Of a DNA stretch of 64,000 nucleotides, positions 59,513-64,000 are shown in pieces. Each line of letters opens with the position of its first letter. The first letter of the stretch is position 1. A program made the position numbers and the translations under genes. The stretch comes from an uncultured Brevinematales bacterium (GTDB taxonomy: Bacteria; Spirochaetota; Brevinematia; Brevinematales; CAZQBT01). A model generated the notes under the pieces. The model had not been told where the DNA came from. It did no database searches and worked only from the letters and a program-made list of their open reading frames with translations. The DNA lies in the NCBI GenBank assembly GCA_964591955.1, contig CAZQBT010000003.1, positions 28,890-92,889 on the forward strand, in the 5' to 3' direction.

Positions 59513-62152
59513 TTATTTTAAAGCCGACAGATTCTTTTTAAGTTTTGCAAGCTCATTTTCAAGATACGCGAGCTTGTCTTTTTCTTTTTGAACGATTTGT
59601 TCGGGCGCTTTTTCGGTAAAACTTTTGTTTGTAAGTTTAGCTTTAGTTCCTTTAATTGACCCTTCAACGCGGGCAATTTCCTTTTCAAGTTTTTCGATTT
59701 CCTTATCGGTGTCGATAACGCCCTCAAGCGATATAAAAAGCTCAAACCCCGGTCCTATTCCGGCAATTTCAGTATTATCCTTCTTATATTTTTCGACCGT
59801 TTCAAGTTTGCCGATTTTGGCAAGCTTGCTTATAACATCACGGTTATTCCCGATAATGCCGAGATTTGATTTATTATCAAGCGACAGTTTGACATTAACC
59901 TCGGCGCCCGGCGGGATATTATTTTCCCCGCGAATATTTCGCACCGTATAGACAACCTCTTTAAGCAGGTCTATCGACTTAGCGGTTTTATCAAACATAA
60001 GTTTTTTATCCGCAACGGGAAAATCGCTTATCATAATCGACTTGTCCGTATCCGGGAGATTTTGGTATATCTTTTCGGTTATGTAAGGCATAAACGGGTG
60101 AAGCATCTTGAGACTACCCTCTAAAATATATATAAGTATTGAGAGCTTGTCGCGTTTTTCCTCCTGCGTGCCGTTGTAGATTTTTACCTTCGACGTTTCA
60201 ATGAACCATGCGCAAAACTCGCCCCAGATAAAATCATACAGCGTGATAGTTGCCTCATTGAATTTAAAACCCTCAATCTCCGCGCGAACCTTGTCGATTG
60301 TGCGGTTATATAAAGTGAGTATCCATTTATCGAAATCGTCTTTGGAAGTTTTATCAAGAGGCTTTAAATCAATATCCTGTATATTTTGGAGGATAAAGCG
60401 CGATGCGTTCCACGTCTTGTTGGCGAAATTTCTCCCGAGTTCGCATTTTTCATTATTGTAAAGTATATCGTTGCCGAGTGGTGCAAGACGGGTTACGGTG
60501 TAGCGAAGCGCATCCGCGCCGTATTCCGATATAACGTCGAGAGGGTCGGGGGAGTTGCCCAATGATTTGCTCATCTTGCGCCCCATCTCATCACGGATAA
60601 GTCCCGTAAAATAGACTTTATCAAACGGGATTTTGTCCATAAACTCAAATCCCGCTATAATCATCCTTGCAACCCAGAAAAATATAATATCAGGCGCGGT
60701 AACAAGGGTGTTTGTGGGGTAGTAATATTCCAAGTCGGCGGTTTTATCGGGCCATGAATGAACGGCAAAGGGCCAGAGCCATGATGATGCCCATGTGTCC
60801 AATACGTCATTATCCTGACGCAGATTTTTATTATCGCATTTGGGGCATTTATCGGGCGATTTTTCATAAGCCCCGTAAAACCCGCACTCATCGCAGTAAT
60901 ACACGGGGATTCTGTGTCCCCACCAAAGCTGACGGGATATGCACCAGTCGCGGATATTTTCAAGCCAGTGGAAATAGGTCTTTTCCCATCGTTCGGGGAA
61001 AAACCTGATTTTCTTGCTTTTAACCGCTTCAATAGCGGGCTTGACCAATTCCTCCATCCGCATAAACCATTGCTCCGAGAGGTAGGGTTCAATAGCGACA
61101 TGCCCGCGTTCGCTGTATCCGACTTTGTGGGTATAATCCTCTATTTTGGATAATAGTTTCAAAGCCTTGAGCTTTTCGACAATCGCCTCGCGCGCCTCAT
61201 AACGGTCAAGCGTGCGGAACTCCTCCGGCACGTTATCGTTCAGCGAGGCATCCTCGTTGAAAATATTTATAAATTGCAAGCTATATTTTTTTCCGATTTC
61301 ATAGTCGTTGGGGTCATGCGCCGGCGTGATTTTAAGCGCTCCCGTTCCGAACTCCATATCGACATACTCATCGCATATAATCGGTATCTCCCTGTCTGCC
61401 AACGGAAGTATTGCGGACTTACCTATCAGATGTTTATAGCGTTTGTCCTTGGGGTTGACGGCTATTGCGGTATCGCCGAGCATTGTTTCGGGACGGGTTG
61501 TTGCTATCTCGATAAACTCGTTACTATCCTTAACGGGATATTTTATATACCAAAGGTTGCCCTTAACCTCCTCGTAATACACCTCCTCATCGGATATAGC
61601 CGATTTGGAAACCGGACACCAGTTCACGAGACGGAATCCCTTGTAGATATATCCTTTGTTGAAAAGTTCTACAAAAGAATGGATAACGGCGCGGTAATAC
61701 CCGTCGTCCATAGTGAAACGTTCCCTGTCCCAGTCGCAGGAAGCGCCGAGCTTTTTTAGTTGCTTGAAAATAATTCCGCCGTATTTGTCTTTCCATTCTA
61801 CGGCGTATTCCAAAAACTTTTCGCGTCCTATTTCAAATTTATTTATTCCTTTTTCAGCCAAGTGCGCCACGACTTTTGCCTCGGTTGCAATAGATGCGTG
61901 GTCGGTGCCGGGTATCCAGCATGCCTCATACCCGTTCATACGATAGTAACGGATAAGTATATCCTGCAATGTGTTGTTGAGGATGTGTCCCATGTGGAGC
62001 ATTCCCGTTACGTTCGGGGGAGGGATTACGATTGTGTAGGGTTTTTTGTTTGGGTTAGGCGAGCTTTTAAAATAGCCCCGCTCTTCCCATTCACGGTAAA
62101 TTTTGTCCTCAAACTCGGACGGGTTATAGGTTGCCTCCAAATTTAGCGCCAT
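59513..62152 (-). CDS. valS: Valine--tRNA ligase
   Basis: PPPNVTGMLHMGH, ATTRPET, DWCISRQLWWGH, KMSKS, C-terminal coiled coil. Confidence 0.98.
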   Translation of the reverse strand: MALNLEATYNPSEFEDKIYREWEERGYFKSSPNPNKKPYTIVIPPPNVTGMLHMGHILNNTLQDILIRYYRMNGYEACWIPGTDHASIATEAKVVAHLAEKGINKFEIGREKFLEYAVEWKDKYGGIIFKQLKKLGASCDWDRERFTMDDGYYRAVIHSFVELFNKGYIYKGFRLVNWCPVSKSAISDEEVYYEEVKGNLWYIKYPVKDSNEFIEIATTRPETMLGDTAIAVNPKDKRYKHLIGKSAILPLADREIPIICDEYVDMEFGTGALKITPAHDPNDYEIGKKYSLQFINIFNEDASLNDNVPEEFRTLDRYEAREAIVEKLKALKLLSKIEDYTHKVGYSERGHVAIEPYLSEQWFMRMEELVKPAIEAVKSKKIRFFPERWEKTYFHWLENIRDWCISRQLWWGHRIPVYYCDECGFYGAYEKSPDKCPKCDNKNLRQDNDVLDTWASSWLWPFAVHSWPDKTADLEYYYPTNTLVTAPDIIFFWVARMIIAGFEFMDKIPFDKVYFTGLIRDEMGRKMSKSLGNSPDPLDVISEYGADALRYTVTRLAPLGNDILYNNEKCELGRNFANKTWNASRFILQNIQDIDLKPLDKTSKDDFDKWILTLYNRTIDKVRAEIEGFKFNEATITLYDFIWGEFCAWFIETSKVKIYNGTQEEKRDKLSILIYILEGSLKMLHPFMPYITEKIYQNLPDTDKSIMISDFPVADKKLMFDKTAKSIDLLKEVVYTVRNIRGENNIPPGAEVNVKLSLDNKSNLGIIGNNRDVISKLAKIGKLETVEKYKKDNTEIAGIGPGFELFISLEGVIDTDKEIEKLEKEIARVEGSIKGTKAKLTNKSFTEKAPEQIVQKEKDKLAYLENELAKLKKNLSALK

Positions 62153-62181
62153 TGAATACTCCTTAAAAAATTAGCCGTTAA

Positions 62182-62210
62182 ATTGTAAACAAAGAAAGGA
62201 GTATTGTCAA
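62182..62210 (-). promoter_or_regulatory. Sigma70-like promoter of valS
   Basis: Minus strand TTGACA(62210-62205)-17 bp-TACAAT(62187-62182). Confidence 0.65.
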
Positions 62211-62286
62211 TTTAAAGAGGAGTGTTCCGCACCGATTTGACTTTAATTTATAGGCAGGGGCGGTCGCCTCGACACCCGGTTTTAAG

Positions 62287-62389
62287 TGTCATTCCGATTA
62301 TGTTACTTCATCTCTACCCGTGAAGAATCTACTTTGCTGAATAGAGATACTTCAAAGGTTAGACTAATACGGGTATAATCGGAATGACA
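62287..62389. repeat. Palindromic intergenic element, family A
   Basis: Perfect 15-bp terminal IR TGTCATTCCGATTAT/ATAATCGGAATGACA; internal TGAAGAATCT/AGATACTTCA; GGTTAGAC..CGGGT. Confidence 0.85.
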
Positions 62390-62412
62390 TAGCGGGGTGT
62401 ATCAAGTGGAGC

Positions 62413-62532
62413 GAAACATTACCTAAAAGTCTTTTCTTAAACCAACCGGTCATCGAGCGCCGTCCTGAGCGTGGTCGAAGGATAGCCGACAGGCGAGTAT
62501 CGAGATGACCCGCCCCCTATACCTACCAGTTT
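62413..62532 (-). repeat. Family B repeat-containing trailer downstream of the second beta-helix lipoprotein
   Basis: Minus strand AACTGGTAGGTATAGGGGG..ATCTCGATACTC..CTTCGACCACGCTCAGGAC..CTCGATGACCGGTTGGTTTAAGAAAAGACTTT; homologous to 45671-45773. Confidence 0.78.
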
Positions 62533-63593
62533 ATATTTTCAGGAGTATTTCCGCTACCCCAGTCTATTGTATCCAAGCCCTGCGGGTCGCTCTTGTCATC
62601 AAGACGGGCTACACCGTAATTTTCGTTATTTTCTATAGTAACAGGTGAAGCAAAACTGTGGGTACTGTTAATATCCCCGTCCATAAAGCATACGCCGCCT
62701 CCCCAGCCCGCGGTATTGTTGCTTATAGTTGCGCTAATAGTATGTCCCGTTCCCCTGTCTATAAACACCCCGCCTCCGTTTTCGGCAGTATTCCCGCTGA
62801 TAGTTCCGCTTATAGTTACATTATGGCTGCCCTGTCCTACACATATACCGCCTCCGTTCATATCTGCGGTATTACCTGATACGGTTGCGTTTATAGTATT
62901 ATTTGTGCCTGCGGCTATAGTTATACCGCCTCCCCAATCGCCGGTATTGTCGCTTATAGTTGCGGTAATAGTATTGCCGGGACTTTGATAAGCAAAAATC
63001 CCTCCGCCGTCTCCATCTGCGGAATTGTTGGATATGACCGTGTTTTTTATCTGATGACCGCTACCGAGGTTGATATGAATACCGCCGCCTTGGTTATGAG
63101 GAATAATACCTGCATCTGCATTACCGCCGCGGATTACAAACCCGTCGATAGTAACGTTATTTACGACATGCAACCAGATAACGTGATTAAGCACGGAGTT
63201 TCCGTCAAGTTCGCTTTTCCCGGTGCGGGTCGTAAAATCGCTGTTCCATCCGCCGAGTATATCCAAGTTGCCGACATTGATATACGCACCGCTGTTTTGA
63301 TAAGATGAGCTTTTGGAATTCAACCCGCTTCCGGGAGTGTAAATCCCCGATGTTACACTGATATTGGTTGAATTTTTCTGCGAGGCAATATAGAGTGCGG
63401 TCTGGATAGTTTTGACGGGGGAATTCTTTGTTCCCGGGTTGCCGTCATTGCCGTTGTTGACACAAACGAAAACGGCAGGCATATCCTCGCCGTTTCCGTT
63501 CCCGTTCCAGTCGTCATCAATAGGACTGCAACTAACAACACCTAAAACCACCGCCAAAAGGAAACTTAATGGTAAACAGATAAACCTTTTCAT
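62523..63593 (-). CDS. Surface lipoprotein: DUF1565-like segment and right-handed beta-helix with GGG[IV] coils
   Basis: ATG 63593 after GGAGGT; lipobox VVSC; GTKNSPVKTIQ; six GGG[IV] coils; paralog of 44555-45679. Confidence 0.82.
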   Translation of the reverse strand: MKRFICLPLSFLLAVVLGVVSCSPIDDDWNGNGNGEDMPAVFVCVNNGNDGNPGTKNSPVKTIQTALYIASQKNSTNISVTSGIYTPGSGLNSKSSSYQNSGAYINVGNLDILGGWNSDFTTRTGKSELDGNSVLNHVIWLHVVNNVTIDGFVIRGGNADAGIIPHNQGGGIHINLGSGHQIKNTVISNNSADGDGGGIFAYQSPGNTITATISDNTGDWGGGITIAAGTNNTINATVSGNTADMNGGGICVGQGSHNVTISGTISGNTAENGGGVFIDRGTGHTISATISNNTAGWGGGVCFMDGDINSTHSFASPVTIENNENYGVARLDDKSDPQGLDTIDWGSGNTPENINW

Positions 63594-63710
63594 ATAACCC
63601 ACCTCCAAACTATTTGAATTATTTTCTCTTTTAAACTTAAAAATATCAAATTTTTGATGAGATATTTTTGTCTGAGTTTTGGGATTTTGGCAAATAATTT
63701 TGAAAGGAGC

Positions 63711-63764
63711 TTACAGGAATAGATTCTTCACGGGTTAGACGGATACGGGTATAATCGGAATGAC
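63711..63764. repeat. Family A element, right half only
   Basis: TTACAGGAATAGATTCTTCACGGGTTAGACGGATACGGGTATAATCGGAATGAC. Confidence 0.78.
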
Positions 63765-63881
63765 CGCTATATCCGCACGGGATAGAAACCCTGTTTTAAA
63801 GGCATAGGCTGATAAATTTCTTTATCAAAAGCTATATGTAAATTTTCGGTGATATTGAACGGCAATTCAGATAATGTCGGA

Positions 63882-64000
63882 TTAAACGGCGATTTCGTTG
63901 CTCCATTTGTAGCTTTCAAGATTAACTTCGGTGAGGTTTTGCATAGAGATGTCGATTTGTTCAAGCAGGGGCAATATCTCATCAATTTTTATCTCGCTTT
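63882..64000 (-). CDS. 3' end of a gene entering from beyond the window
   Basis: Minus-strand frame ...SEIKIDEILPLLEQIDISMQNLTEVNLESYKWSNEIAV* with TAA at 63884-63882; too short to assign a function. Confidence 0.4.
   Translation of the reverse strand, partial: SEIKIDEILPLLEQIDISMQNLTEVNLESYKWSNEIAV

Noticed and set aside
549-62146. Many antisense and alternate-frame ORFs overlapping housekeeping genes (e.g. 11057-11641, 36661-37194, 48375-48821, 61274-61759)
   Set aside because: They are shadows of well-supported genes, with no RBS or recognisable motifs.
62153-62290. T-box leader upstream of valS
   Set aside because: A promoter lies about 30 bp from the start codon and no T-box consensus (AAGGTGGTACCGCG-like) is visible.
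44555-63593. Diversity-generating retroelement acting on the paralogous lipoprotein 3' ends
   Set aside because: No reverse transcriptase is present, and the differences between copies are not adenine-specific and include indels.
63767-63985. 72-aa minus-strand ORF in the track
   Set aside because: A different minus frame ending at 63882 looks more protein-like; this ORF is probably spurious.

Overview
A 64-kb, gene-dense, moderately AT-rich bacterial chromosome segment, most likely from a spirochaete. This is an inference from the ispE-spoVG-tRNA-Gln-prs-rplY-pth-tilS-hpt-ftsH synteny, a Treponema-like insertion in Pgk and several spirochaete-style lipoproteins. Most of the window is housekeeping: a trehalose/maltose-type ABC importer, glnE, glgA, lolE/lolD, ilvE, dxs, rpsA, degP, ruvC, coaBC, manC, gap-pgk-tpiA, thiC, dcd and valS. 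Five accessory signals stand out. (1) A methyltransferase plus PD-(D/E)xK nuclease cassette sits exactly at the coaBC/ruvC junction, bounded by a perfect 17-bp direct repeat that contains the RBS, stop and start. (2) At least two families of dispersed, structured palindromic intergenic elements are present, one with compensatory base changes and a 185-bp tandem duplication. (3) Two convergent paralogous beta-helix lipoproteins differ in coil number and share a repeat-containing 3' trailer. (4) There is a probable type IV-like toxin-antitoxin remnant with an operator palindrome, and an orphan HicB. (5) GATC, GTAC and CTAG look scarce, and Thr-Asn clusters occur in exported proteins; both were judged by eye. 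No CRISPR array, rRNA, integrase or transposase was found. All calls come from motif recognition without database searches.
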